DNA of 64,000 nucleotides from Bugula neritina (taxonomy: Eukaryota > Animalia > Bryozoa), in contig OZ037773.1 in the NCBI GenBank assembly GCA_964035545.1, positions 5,299,751-5,363,750 on the forward strand, in the 5' to 3' direction. Every line of letters starts with the position of its first letter. Positions within the stretch are counted from its first letter, which is position 1. The notes beneath the pieces are model-generated. The model was not told the origin of the DNA. It made no database searches and saw only the letters and a program-made list of their open reading frames with translations. Below, piece by piece: positions 1 to 36,165 of this stretch. A program made the position numbers and the translations under genes.

Positions 1-298
1 TCACTCTACCCTACTAAACAGTTATGTAGTAATTAGGGCATGTCAACACATTTTATTCATTTGAAAAATATGTCTTCTATGAAACGCATTGTAGGCTAAC
101 TAACACTATGATTATCAAAGTGAGCATTGTCAACTTTCTAATCAGAAAAAAATGTTTGTGAAATTTAATGTGTGATAAACTACTGCGCTTATATTCTGAA
201 GGATATTTTATCGCAGTGGACAAGACATGTTTGTTTTCTGTAGTGTCCAAGTAGCTACAGAATTGAAGCACCATTGATTACTTTATTCGGTAGTCTTA

Positions 299-642
299 GC
301 CTAGATCCACACTGTGCGTATTTTCGCATGCGAACATTTAAAGCCCGAGTAGCAAAGGTGTCCACTGTATGCGTTAAGAAAACATTCGCACTTGTCGCTC
401 AGCATTCTGAACACAAGTGCGAATCGTCTTTATCGTCGTCACCTAATTGGCTGGTAGTTATTCAGCGAGCCCAATTCTCTTATTTTAGTGCTGTATTCCA
501 GTAAATTGCGTTTTATTAAAAGCGAGTGCGATTTAAAAATGAAAGCTTTATTTATCACGCATCACTGACGCTACAGTGGACGCCTTTGCTACCTATGGTT
601 TCAATTTTCGCACACGAAAATACGCACAGTGTGGCCCTAGGC
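299..642. mobile_element. MITE family 1, copy 1 (PIF/Harbinger-like)
   Basis: Long imperfect TIRs GCCTAG(A/G)..CCACACTGTGCGTATTTTCGCATGCGAA ... TTCGCACACGAAAATACGCACAGTGTGGCCCTAGGC. Flanks are TTA/TAA. Near-identical copy at 18591-18931. Confidence 0.85.
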
Positions 643-3600
643 TAAGTATTATAGCTGCTTAATATGCTGTATAGCCAACTTTGAAAGGCGGAGCTTCTCG
701 AACTAATGTGCTACTCTACCCTGATGGCTGTATTGAAACTTTAACCAAGATATTTTTTTCCTGATCCCTGGTCTATGCTTTTTTCATAACTGGTTATAGA
801 CTAAAGATTCTGTAGTAAAGATGGATCTAATAAAACAGCGCTGGGATTAACTTTGTAGAGTAAACTATACTGTAAAGATCTTTATATAAATAGTTTGTAT
901 AATGTTACTCATTAATTTGTATTTAATATTGCAATCTTTTGAGCAAATGCCTCAATATATTTAAAATATTTATTATATTTTACAAGTTTTTTGAAAATCA
1001 GTTCAGAATTTATTTACAAATTGTGGAATTTTACCATAAAAAATGTTTCTATAAATACATAACATTATGCCTTTAATTTTTAGTAGAAGCTGCAATGTAC
1101 AATAATACAATATTCATGTTAACCTTTATATGCTCAACATTTAACCTTAAATATCATTCCAAATATAATGTACTAATAATTTTAAAGCTTTTATACAGCC
1201 TTTAAACTTTTAAAAGCTTAACTATATAAGTATATTCACTTTTTCACTTTTAAATCAAAAATACTTTTGGGTAGAAAAACACAACCAAGATGGTATTATG
1301 CTGTTTAAGCTATAACAATGTAGCAAAGAAACACCCAATTTCAAAACTAAATTTATTTACATTAAACTGTAAGACAAAACAATAAGTTTTCAAACTGAAC
1401 CAGTTGCGTCTCAAACACCAACTCTTATAACTCTTAAGCATTTATGCTAAGAATTATGTGTCTCTTATCTTTGTTATTAACATCCAAGTCTTAACATTGC
1501 CTTGATAGATTTACAGCGGCTACCACAGCGTTCACCGGTGTTTTGCCGACAAGGCTGAGCATAACAAGCACGTATAATAATATACCAAGTTGTAAACTGC
1601 TGGTATGTTGACGACTGCTAAGTACTACGTGAAATATTTGGAGAATAATAAAGTATGGTATGAGCAGCTTGACAGGCATGAGCAAGTACCAGCAAGTAAT
1701 TTACTTTGTGCTTCTTGGTTTACAGCTCTGCATAACAAAGTATTATTGAATAATATTGCTAGAATGTCAGATAATTTAAACTAACAAGTATGTTAATTGA
1801 AAGCAAATGAGAAGAAATTTATTATTTCTACTGGTTCCCAGTTAAACGAAAAAGTGCAGTTAACTTTCATGTTTCTAAACAGCCATAATAGTAGAGCTAC
1901 ATAATGGTTGGCACAAGAAATATGCTGCCTAATTATCTACAAGGGATAAAAATAGTTTAGTATAGGTCAGGAACTTTACAATAACTTTACAGCTTGTTTT
2001 CTCTTTTATAAAAAAAAACTGCAAATATTTCTAAACTAGCCTCCATAGATAGCACTATGAAGACTTTTGGTAATATTCATTTAACATGAGTCATGAGTCA
2101 TACGAACTTCTGATAACACTTTCTGTTGCCTTATTCACTGAGTGAATGTAAACCTCAACTACTTGAATGTTGATAGTAGTTTATTTGGTTGAAGAAAGAC
2201 AACCCCTAACTGTGCTTTATTCATAGACCAGCTATTGCATCACATTGGAATGTGACTAGCTCGAGCCATTAATATAATTGCGATGTTTTGTATAGCTTAA
2301 TATGAAATATAATACCTTTTTTAATCTTTTATGAATAATTATACCAAATACTTCAGTAAGTGACATTGGCACTCATTCTTGAAAAAATTCATTAATGGCC
2401 ATTGCAAAATTTTTCCAATTAGCAAATGATAATCTGTAAGATATGCTGGCATATTTGAAATATCTTATTACAAATATACCAACTTGCAAGGTTAATAAAT
2501 ATAATATATGCCGTATTACATATTTCATATCACATTTTTTATATTACATATTCTGTATTACACATGTAGCCTATATATTACAAATTATATATTTCACATT
2601 GCATATTGCGTATTACAAGTTAAATATGATACATATTAAAATGTTGAATATTACATATATTATATTATCACATTTTTCATATTGCAATATATTGTATAAT
2701 ATACATATTAAATTTCACATGTTACATATTACAATGCTACATAATATATTATACCTATTATATATATTGCTGATATTACATATGTAGTGCATATATATTA
2801 CATACTATATGCAATCAGCAAGGCATCTCAATTGTGAAATATATAGTGTGTGACCAAGGCCTTAAATGAGTTTGATAGTACAAATTATTTGTTCTTTGAA
2901 AAAAGCGCTTTAATTTCCAGACAAGAGTAAAGTTGATATATCTGCCTGGTATTAGCCTATAATGTAACACCAGGTATACAGAACTAACATGCTGTGTAAA
3001 TATTATTATTCACTAATCTATTACTCTAAATACTTTACATACCTTTTTCCCAGCACATCCCAGGCTTCAGTTAATTAATTTCCTGAAAATAAACAACACT
3101 AGAGTCTTCAAGGTATTCCAAGTATGCATATGAACTTGAGTGAAGTATGTGTTGATTTTACAGCTGAACTCTGAATGAACATCAAATTAGCATCTTACAT
3201 ATATTAGAACTACTTAAATTACAGAATACCTATAATATTTTATGTGCTCATTGAACCTTTTCAGGTTTGAAACTAAAAAAATCCTTGCATGATCAATGAT
3301 ATATCATTTTAATAAGTATTTAGATTGTTGTACAACTAAATAAAAACATGCATATGTTCCTTTCAATGTGAAGTAGATTAATCATTCATTTAAATAATAA
3401 AAAATTAGTTTTGTATATACTCAATTAGTTGCAAAGGTAACTCTTTATATTTTTCTATTTCTATTCTATTTATAAAATTATGCAACATCCTACTACAAAA
3501 TATTTGCTTTCTGCAGACATAGAAATGCTTTAAAAGTTTTTAAAAGTTTTAAAAGTTTTGAAAGTTTTAAAAGTATTTACTTCAAGCTACTTATTAGCAG

Positions 3601-4857
3601 AGTGTCGCAATTCTGTAAACTATTGTTTTCTTTCGAAGTTGCCTCCACTCCACATAAATAAAATACTCTTTGAGCTAGTATAAGCTTATATCTAGGCATT
3701 GTAATTATTACAGTCTATACCAAAGTTTATTTCTAGTTTTACTCTGTTAGCCATGCATGAAGTGCTTTAACGTAATTTTTCTCAGTTTTGGCATTTTGCC
3801 AGCTCTTCAAAGATTTCTTAGGCTAAAATACCAAATTTGCTTTTTATTTATGCAGAAATTTAAATCTAGAACTTTGTAGTATTTTAGATTCTCTAGTGTT
3901 GGCAAAATACTAACTTCGATTGTGGCGTAAAGAAGTTGAATATACCTTCTCGTGTAGAAGCACCAATTACCCATTAGAAGTAAATCATAATCTCTCAATA
4001 AACACTCTAAAATATTTCGATGAAGGAAACAAACAAAAATTGCATTTACATCAAATACACAAACTTTCCATAGAGTATAAATAGTATAAATATAGTAAAA
4101 AAGTTAATCATATTATAGATTATAATAAAACTATTGAGAGTAAGGAGTTGTCTTCTCATATAATCAAATATCAAAAGTATGCACGCACGTATGCACACAC
4201 ACACATGGCATACATAGACCAATTGTATGCTCTTGCACTATAATTTTAGTAATTGTAAACAGGTCAACTTTGGAGTTGTCCTATATTGCATGAACTTGCT
4301 AGCAAGAAAAAGATAGAATATAGTCTAGCTAACCAATTAGAAATATTAATATGTTGTGCTGCAGTATACATGTAGGTTGTTTCTAACAAAAATAATTTCA
4401 TACAAACTCGGGAAAGTTTTTCAAATCATCTATATTATATTAATCCTACATCTTTCTTGTTTCACTGGCTTAAATATATGAATAAAGCTGAAAAACATTT
4501 AGCCTACATGAACTATGATTGCTATTTTAATCATATAACATCAAACACAAACCATTTCTTCAGATCGACAATATTTAAATGAATTCTAATCAATAAGCCA
4601 GTAAAACAAATACAATATTCTCTACTTTATAAAATTTACCTGCTATAGATTTGTTCTATTTTTATAATTGAAATTGGAATTTAGAAAACAAGTGTAAATA
4701 ACGGATTTCCTTTTCATTATTTGGTGTGTTCAGAGAATGAGATCAACTATAGTTTTTTTACAGTTTTATAAATCAATATGAAAACTGATTAGCTTTCTAT
4801 GCTATATGATGGAATAAACATTCTTTACCGTAGTTTGGTCATCAGCATAAAGCTGAA

Positions 4858-13569
<8,712 letters not shown>

Positions 13570-13884
13570 TTTGGCAGCAACTCAAAGTTGACAAGAGTTT
13601 TTATTTTATCATACATATGTGTGCTGAAGCTGCTTCGTGTGTTAGTTGTTAGAATATATAACTCTATTGTTTTAGTATTGACCAATATGTGAGTTCCCAA
13701 TTGTGAAAGTGCTATAGATGACAAAGGCAGTTAATGACTTGATTACTTGAAAATATCTAAGTCACTCAAGTACCTGATAGTGCCTAAGTAGCTAGAGCAC
13801 ATATTAGTATACCTAGACTGACCCAAATATTTAACTGCTTATATTAGTTGGAGCTCTGCTGTTGTTTTTGCAAACCATTTTATA

Positions 13885-13890
13885 AATAAA
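13885..13890 (+). promoter_or_regulatory. Candidate polyadenylation signal of gene A
   Basis: First AATAAA ~315 nt downstream of the stop codon. Confidence 0.45.
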
Positions 13891-14581
13891 AATGATTTTT
13901 CAAAAGATTGAACTTAATTACAACATAATATATTTAATTGAAAGAGAGTTTATGAATCACTTATACTCTGTGCAAATGCATTTCAGCTTTTCTTCAAGTT
14001 AAATTGCATGTTTGAAACGAGAATGAAATATTTTTAACCTTATATGTTTGTGTAGGTTTTAATTTTAATTTTACCAGTTTTAGACGCTTTGATACTTGAA
14101 TAATGAGGTATGCACGATTTTTCATTATGATACAAGTATATTTGGAAGACGCCACATATAGATCATATGGATGTGACATCGTGTCATAGTGCTATATGTC
14201 ATGACTAACAGGTGTCATGAAGCCTTGTGACATGATCACTAGGTGTCATGGTAAAGTCATGTGACCATTTGACAAGGTTTTTAAATGGTATAATTGCCAC
14301 ATTTAACAGTTATATACTTATAAGCTCGTGAAATTATATTAGTGAAATAAAAGATATTATAACCTGGGCCAATTTTCTACCTGCTGGTTAAATTCATTAG
14401 CATTCTGCGAGGCTCTAAATATGCTGGTTTAGAAATAGATGAAAAATTTGAATACAATACATTCATTTTATACAACAAAAAATTAGATGAGTTGTTTAAT
14501 TCAAAAAAATGCGGCTGACCACCTTGCTTAATTTCATCTTTCTTATCTCTCTTATATATAAGCATCGCAAAGCTAATTTAA

Positions 14582-17449
14582 TAGAGGGGTTTCAGACATC
14601 CCTCCAGAGGAATTTGTATTTTAAAGTTGCCTCCCCCTACAGGGATTGGGGGCAGTCTCAATGATATATAGAAGGCCCATAAAATAAGTAGAGATGTATG
14701 GTTTGAGTGAAGACTACTACTAGTATAAGTTTCATTTTTTCTGAGATTAATATTTTGGCATAGGTACACATATGAGCAGTTTCAGAAATTTTTTAAAAAA
14801 TTTTGTTAATGATAAATGGCACAAAAAGAAAACTTCAAAGCATATTTGTGGTTTTGGTTATTGAGCAAATCTGAAGCTGGCAGCTGTCATTATTATTTGC
14901 TTTGCTGACTGTAACCAGTCTGGTTAGAGCTGCTAACCTTTCAACTCTTAGAACAATAATAACATGCTCGTACACTATATAGCTGCACTAGTGGGCTCTG
15001 TCTTACTGAACTCCAAATGCTCCAAATTATGGGTTGGAACACATGCCTGTACGTTTATGAAGGCACTGGCTCATTTGTATTAACATGTTCACGTACTTAC
15101 ACACCTATACTATGAAAATAACTAAGCCACCCTACTATCTAATATTTCTATATATCAAAAAAATTATTATAAATATAAAGATATGTATTAAAATAGATAG
15201 ATTAAATTTGTAATTTCAAACAACATCTTATCTAAAAATGCCAAACACTGTATAACTATATATATTTTTTAAAAGCATTTGTTTACATGACATGCCTGCA
15301 AGTCAATGAAAATATTTAAAGAACAGTAAAAGGAAGCATATAAATTTCAGAATAGTTTCTTCTTTTCTGAGATAAATATTTTGGAAATGTCCCACAATTC
15401 AACATTTAAATTAAGTCTGTAAAAGAATTTTTCACAGTGTATTTTCAATGAATAATTATTCTTGCAAGCTGGTTTGTGTTTGTTCTGGCATGCCATTTTA
15501 CAGTGGTCTAGTTAACTAGGTCAAAGTTCATTGAGGTGGAATTGTTTTATTAACCTCCTTGTGTCGATAAAATACTATCATTGGATTTAGAGCTTCTCTA
15601 AGCAACTTCGCAGTCTGATTAAATATCTGCGATACCTGCCTATTAGACAATCCAAACCTAAAAAATAATATACTAAATCTTTGTATTACATGTATGGATG
15701 AAAAATAATGCAACAAATTGGCTAAAGCATGTTCAAGTAATGTAAAAAACTCGAAATATAAATGAGTCCAACTAGAGCTAGTCAAGTGTGTAGTGTTTTT
15801 GGCCGATTTATATGTGTTGTTTAATCAGCTTATTATGTAGTGATATAATCCTATATAATGTAATTTAAGTTAGACAGCTAAAGTTGGACAGTTCTCATCG
15901 TGCACTTTCTTGAATAAGCAGTTATGTAATATAGAGAGACAGCTACTCAACAGAGAGCTTCAAGCAAACAAAATTCTTGCAACGAGGTTGATTGAATACA
16001 AAACAGCTGCTGTTATTCTTATAGCAGCATGCATTGTATAAGAGATAGCCTGATGGTTCACATAGTTTACATACAGTGACATACCACTGAAAATTATTAG
16101 AAACCACAGAAAAGATATAAAGGAGAGAATGCTGGCACAAAGGAAGTATAGCAATGCGGTCAAATATATGGCTGAAATCTGACCTAGAGATAAATAAGTA
16201 CAAAATGTACATAATATAGCTTAATCAGTAAAGCCAAATGATTTGATATAAAAAGTATTATCTGGGAATTTAGTGAAACTTAGTAGCATTATTTAGAACT
16301 CCACCTTTGAGCAAGACCCGTATGGAGTAAAGCCAATCTTAATTTTATTAGTGTCATAAGAATGCAGTCATTATGACATAGTTCGTTCTTTCTATGCTTT
16401 ACAGCTGGTACTAAATGTACATTTCAACTTTTTTTGAAAACAAAATAAGTTGCTTTGGCTGAAAAGTGCTTTTTTTTGATGATTTTTTTTCTGCAATGCA
16501 GCAGTATACAATTTACAATGCTCCAAAAACATTTCTTTATTAGGAATGTTGGTATACAAACAGCTTGCAAGAATAGTTATTTATTGAAAATACACTGTGA
16601 AATTTTTTTTACAGACTTAATTTAAATGTTGAATGGTGGGACATTTCCAAAATATTCATCTCAGAAAAGAAGAAACTATTCTGAAATTTATATGCTTCTT
16701 TTTACTGTTCTCTAAATATTTTCATTGACTTGCAGGCATGCCATGTAAACAAATGCTTTTAAAAAATATATATAGTTATACAGTGTTTGGCATTTTTAGA
16801 TAAGATGTTGTTTGAAATTACAAATTTAATCTATCTATTTTAATACATATCTTTATATTTATAATAATTTTTTTGATATATAGAAATATTAGATAGTAGG
16901 GTGGCTTAGTTATTTTCATAGTATAGGTGTGTAAGTACGTGAACATGTTAATACAAATGAGCCAGTGCCTTCATAAACGTACAGGCATGTGTTCCAACCC
17001 ATAATTTGGAGCATTTGGAGTTCAGTAAGACAGAGCCCACTAGTGCAGCTATATAGTGTACGAGCATGTTATTATTGTTCTAAGAGTTGAAAGGTTAGCA
17101 GCTCTAACCAGACTGGTTACAGTCAGCAAAGCAAATAATAATGACAGCTGCCAGCTTCAGATTTGCTCAATAACCAAAACCACAAATATGCTTTGAAGTT
17201 TTCTTTTTGTGCCATTTATCATTAACAAATTTTTTTAAAAAAATTCTGAAACTGCTCATATGTGTACCTATGCCAAAATAATAATCTCAGAAAAAATGAA
17301 ACTTATACTAGTAGTAGTCTTCACTCAAACCATACATCTCTACTTATTTTATGGGCCTTCTATATATCATGGAGACTGCCCCCAATACCTGTAGGGGGAG
17401 ACAACTTTAAAATACAAATTCCTCTGGAGGGATGTCTGAAACCCCTCTA
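14582..17449. mobile_element. Non-autonomous foldback-type DNA transposon with ~900 bp near-identical TIRs
   Basis: 14582-~15476 is the reverse complement of ~16556-17449 with few mismatches (mirror ORFs 14578-14769 - and 17262-17453 +). Ends are TAGAGGGG...CCCCTCTA, flanks TTAA/TTGA. The ~1.1 kb spacer has no recognisable transposase. Confidence 0.85.
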
Positions 17450-18159
17450 TTGAGAAATACATTATATTCTGTGAAGCAAACTTAAAATATATCTTTTTGT
17501 CTTTAAAAATCAGCAAAGAAAAATTAATGCACTAAGCAAGTTGACAGCTTGTTAAAAACCCTTGTTTATACAGTGCAAGCAACAAACTGTAGAATTAAAT
17601 TATAAAAAGTGGTATCTTAAAAATACAATGCAACAATTATGTTTGTACTTTTATTCTCCGGCAGCTCAAATTTGTTGCTTTATTGAAAGGGAGCATGTCT
17701 GGTGGTCAGTTAAATAGCAAATAAATACTTAAAAAGTAACATACTAATAATATACTTGAAAAGTAGTATATACTAAACATAATGCTGAGATTTAAATACA
17801 AATTCTAGGTGTATCTAACTTTTTGTTTGCAAGAAAATAATGCGTATTCCACTCTACTGTGTGCATGGAAATGTGCATGAAAAAAATTTTTTTTATTGAA
17901 TAGGAAATATAAGCAGCATTTCTCTCTGAATACTGATGGAGTTGTCTGATCCATGCAAGCTGCTATAGAATGCTTTCCTTCCTATAGACTTGCATTATGT
18001 TCATCGTCGTACACCGCTAGGTTTGGTAGTTGGCAGTGATGCAACTTCGGTGCTCATTTTAGTTAATTATAGAGTTTGCAATGACTACTGGGTGCTACTT
18101 ACAGTTACTTACTTACACTTACTTACTTATTACACTGAAACTCATGCAAGTTTATAGTA

Positions 18160-18362
18160 GACATCCCTGTGAAAAAACCTCTGATGGATGGAAAAGGTTT
18201 TTTTGTTAAATAGGGTGAAGGACTTATTCATGCAGATGGGGCACAGGAGCAATTGTGATTGAATGCTCTTTCTAACATCACCAATGGCCTTTATCAGGTT
18301 AGAATGCATTACTTTGTGTTTATACTAATAGTCATCACTCTAACCCCAAACCACGGCTGTTC
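18160..18362 (-). mobile_element. Degenerate tRNA-headed SINE-like element
   Basis: Minus strand starts ...CCGTGGTTTGGGGTTAGAGTG (A-box-like), followed by CATTGGTGATGTTAGAAAGAGCATTC, resembling a common SINE core. Flanked by (TTAC)n tracts. Confidence 0.4.
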
Positions 18363-18590
18363 CCTTACTTACTTACCGACTTACTTACTTATTACAATGA
18401 CTTACGTAGGCCTACTTATATACTGACTTACTATAACTGATTGTCAATTTCTTGCTTACTTACTGTTCCCTACTTACATACTGGTGCAAGTTATGTTCAA
18501 ACAGAACGCAAATCTTTTATATTCTGTCAGTATTTTATATTGGAGAAAACTGAGCCGCACTTGAGAACAGTCTGAGTGGCAGACTGCTAA

Positions 18591-18931
18591 GCTTAGGGCC
18601 ACACGGTGCGTATTTTCGCATGCAAAAATTGAAATCACAAGTAGCAAAAGTGTTCACTGTACGCGTTGAGAAAACATTCGCACTTGTCGCTCTGCATTCT
18701 CAACGCAAGTGCGAATCGTCTCTGTCGTCACCTAATTGGCTGGGAGTTATTCAGCGAGCCCAATTTCTTTATTTTAGTGCTACATTCCAGTAAATTGCGT
18801 TTTATTGAAAGCGAGTGCAATTTAAAAATGAAAGCTTTATTTATCACGCGTCACTGACGCTACAGTGGACACCTTTGCTACTTGTGATTTCAATTTTCGC
18901 ATGCGAAAATACACACCGTGTGGCCCTAGGC
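18591..18931. mobile_element. MITE family 1, copy 2 (PIF/Harbinger-like)
   Basis: TIRs of ~70 bp (GCTTAGGGCCACACGGTGCGTATTTTCGCATGC... / ...GCATGCGAAAATACACACCGTGTGGCCCTAGGC). TAA target-site duplication on both sides. Same internal sequence as 299-642. Confidence 0.88.
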
Positions 18932-19675
18932 TAAGTGTTTTGTGATTTGAGCAGTTAGCAATGGTGTTACTCACTCAAAACTATTTACTCAGGTACTTTG
19001 CAATAAACTATGAATTATATATAAAGTAGAAAGTTGTTCATCTGTTGTTACATTATTACAATATGGAAATTCTAACTATATTCAGAGGCTAATAATTTGG
19101 ATTAAAAAGACTTTTTAATTATTGTATATCAAAAAACATAAAAAGGGCAAAAATTAATGTAAAGGAAAGCTCTATATAGCTTTAACATATCACTTAAAAG
19201 ATTCAATTATATTTTAGATATTTTGTCTATTTATGTAAATAATTTATATAGCAATGTGAATGTTTCTATATTATATTTATAAGGTGGTGCACACAAAAGA
19301 TATAATAGTAGGATTAGTGAACAAAGGTTTATAAAAGCGCTTTCAACTGTTCCTCTAAAAGTGCTTTAAATTTAAAATGCTTCCAGCAAATTATTTTATT
19401 TGTGTTCAAATTTTTTTTTCAAATCAAAATTTAAGAAAATAATATTGTAGAACTGTAGTCTTTTCTTGGTTTTGGTTTTAAAAAAATAAAATATAACTTG
19501 TATAATAAATGCAAAATCCAATATTATACAGACAAAAAATTATCAAACCAATTGCGCTTTTTAAAAGCTTGTCATGAATTAGCACAAGTTCAAAAACATT
19601 TAACTACTAAGTCAAAAATAATTTATATTATGATTAGTTTTACCACCTGCAAGAACCTGCAAGGCTGGTGTCACT

Positions 19676-34019
<14,344 letters not shown>

Positions 34020-34782
34020 TATGCTGATGCTAAATAACCTGATTCTGCCTGACACAGGTTTAGCATGTGATTTATTGAACACGTGTAGACAAGTGGTTTA
34101 TTAAACACATAGAAACAGGCAGTTTATAGGACACCACTCATCATATCAAGGAAATGCAACTAAAAGCTGAGTTATCAGGCTTAGTCGCAATCTGATACTC
34201 TCCTATTTGTTTATATTTCCTGAAACAGCACGCCATAGCTTTAGGCACAAATCACTAAGCAAACTACCTGTGCTCAGTTCATTCAAATTCAATATTATAA
34301 ATAAGCACTAAAATAAATTCCTAAATTGATTCTAAACAAGTCATATTGATCGCAATGTCCTGCATCTTGTTACATGTTTTATCAATGCTCGTAATCAATA
34401 AGTTTTATTATCTTGTATTCTATTTATATATCAATGTATGACCTGCATATATAATATAATTTCAGCTGTCATGTTGTTTCAACAAATTATATTGTTTTTA
34501 CAAGTTAAAAGTGGTGGTTTATTGTATTTTTGCATTACTGATATATAACTAAACTTTATTATATATAACATTTCAAAACGAATAAATAAATAAATAAATA
34601 TATACTCAGCATAAACGAAATAATGTTTTACTTAAGAAAATAGCTATTCATATGCTATCACATCAATAAAAAGAGATAGCTAAAAAAAGCATTAAAAACA
34701 CGGGAAGCTATAGAGTAGCAAATAGGAGAAAACTTCAGGCACAAAGTAAAGCCATATCGATTAATAAAAGTTTTAGACGATA

Positions 34783-34942
34783 TCACAAGTTGATGAAATG
34801 TTCCAATAGATAGGATTTGCATGCATAGTTTTAGTCAAGTAAAATGTTTATTAGCAAAATCTAATTGCAAAAATGAAATTTTATAATATTAGCATTGTTT
34901 ACTGTTTTATAATTCATTTATGATAATCTCTATATTACCAGA
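34783..34942 (+). repeat. Dispersed repeat fragment; second copy at ~36822-36983
   Basis: Shared ACAAGTTG...ATGTTCCAA...GTAAAATGTTTA...TTGCAAAAAT...ATTGTTTACTGTTTTATAATTC...CTATATTACCAGAG. Confidence 0.7.
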
Positions 34943-36019
34943 GGGCAGAGACACAACGGGTTTCATCCCAGTTAGACGCTGTTTTTTATTTTGGTGCCGT
35001 ATAAATATATAGTAATATACCTATATATACCTATGTAACTGTTGCATTGATTGCTAAATAGCTAAAATGCTAACATATAGCTACAATAGCTAACATGAAT
35101 TATCTGGAATAATACTCCAATTTTCATAGATCTGTTTGGGCCAAAAAACAGTAATATATTAATAATAAACATTATCTTTAATTAATGAATACTCATTAAC
35201 AAAATATCTGTTCAAACAAGAAGCAAAAAATATGAAAAATTAACATTTTAAAGCAGATCAAAGAAGTTTATTTATTTAAATTTATTTAAATAATATTCAA
35301 ATAAATTGCACATAAAATATATATTGCACCAATAGGGAGATAGTGATAGTGGGCGGATTTCTGAGCCTGGATAGATCTGAGGGTCCCGCAATTACTCTCT
35401 CCGAGAGGTCTTGGGACTTAACCCAATCAAGATCAAGATCTAAAACTAATACAATACAAAAGCAGAAAAGCTCTTTTTGTAGTTGGTTATGCAACGCTTT
35501 CCATTTTTAAGTGCAAGATCTTATGTAGATATCAAGAAAAATATTTTCAATAAAACTATGTTATAGAAAATTAGCTATGCTAACTGCAATCAGATCAAAT
35601 AGATTAAATTATAAATATTTTAGGCAATTTCTTTTGTAGTTGTATGAAGAAACTAAACTAACACAACTGCATGCATTAACGCTATATAAAGTCAAGTAGC
35701 CTAAGCTCTAGTAAGTATAACATAAAAAGACATCATTTCTAGGTCCTCTATTTCAGCATTATTTATAAGTCTTTTCAGGAACCTGCTTTTAATCAAAATA
35801 AAAAAGCATCATGGCCTGAAAAAAAGGGTTGCTTATAGCATAACATGCACTATATCTAAACCTAACAAATCAAAAAGTAAAAACAACGTTGAAAAGGTTT
35901 TCATGAATGTGGTCAAATTTGTGCCGGTGTTACTATTTATGTTGTATTAGTTGCAGTTATTATATTTATGCTGTCGGGCCTAATCTACTAGAAATACCTA
36001 TTTATGCTGACAAATGTTT

Positions 36020-36165
36020 GTCTAAATGTGCTGAAAAGTGCACAAAATGCCTAAATATGCAAAGAAGGGCCTAAATGTGCTCAGACCCATTAACATGTGC
36101 TCTAATGTACTCAAAACTGCTAGAACGTGCTGAAAAGTGCCCAAATGTGTTAAAAGGTGCCCTAA
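36020..36165. repeat. Degenerate 10 bp periodic repeat (CTAAATGTGC-like)
   Basis: About 14 units with AAA..GTG(C) in register every 10 nt. Confidence 0.7.

Noticed and set aside
274-504. Similar short ORFs at 274-504 and 18666-18857
   Set aside because: Both lie within copies of the same MITE and are in different frames.
2443-2810. 114 aa Ile/Tyr/His-rich ORF (and similar at 26340-26552, 32437-32733)
   Set aside because: Low-complexity degenerate (TATTA/CATAT)n AT-rich tracts.
14578-17453. Duplicated 63 aa 'gene' on opposite strands
   Set aside because: Mirror ORFs produced by the two TIR arms; no coding features.
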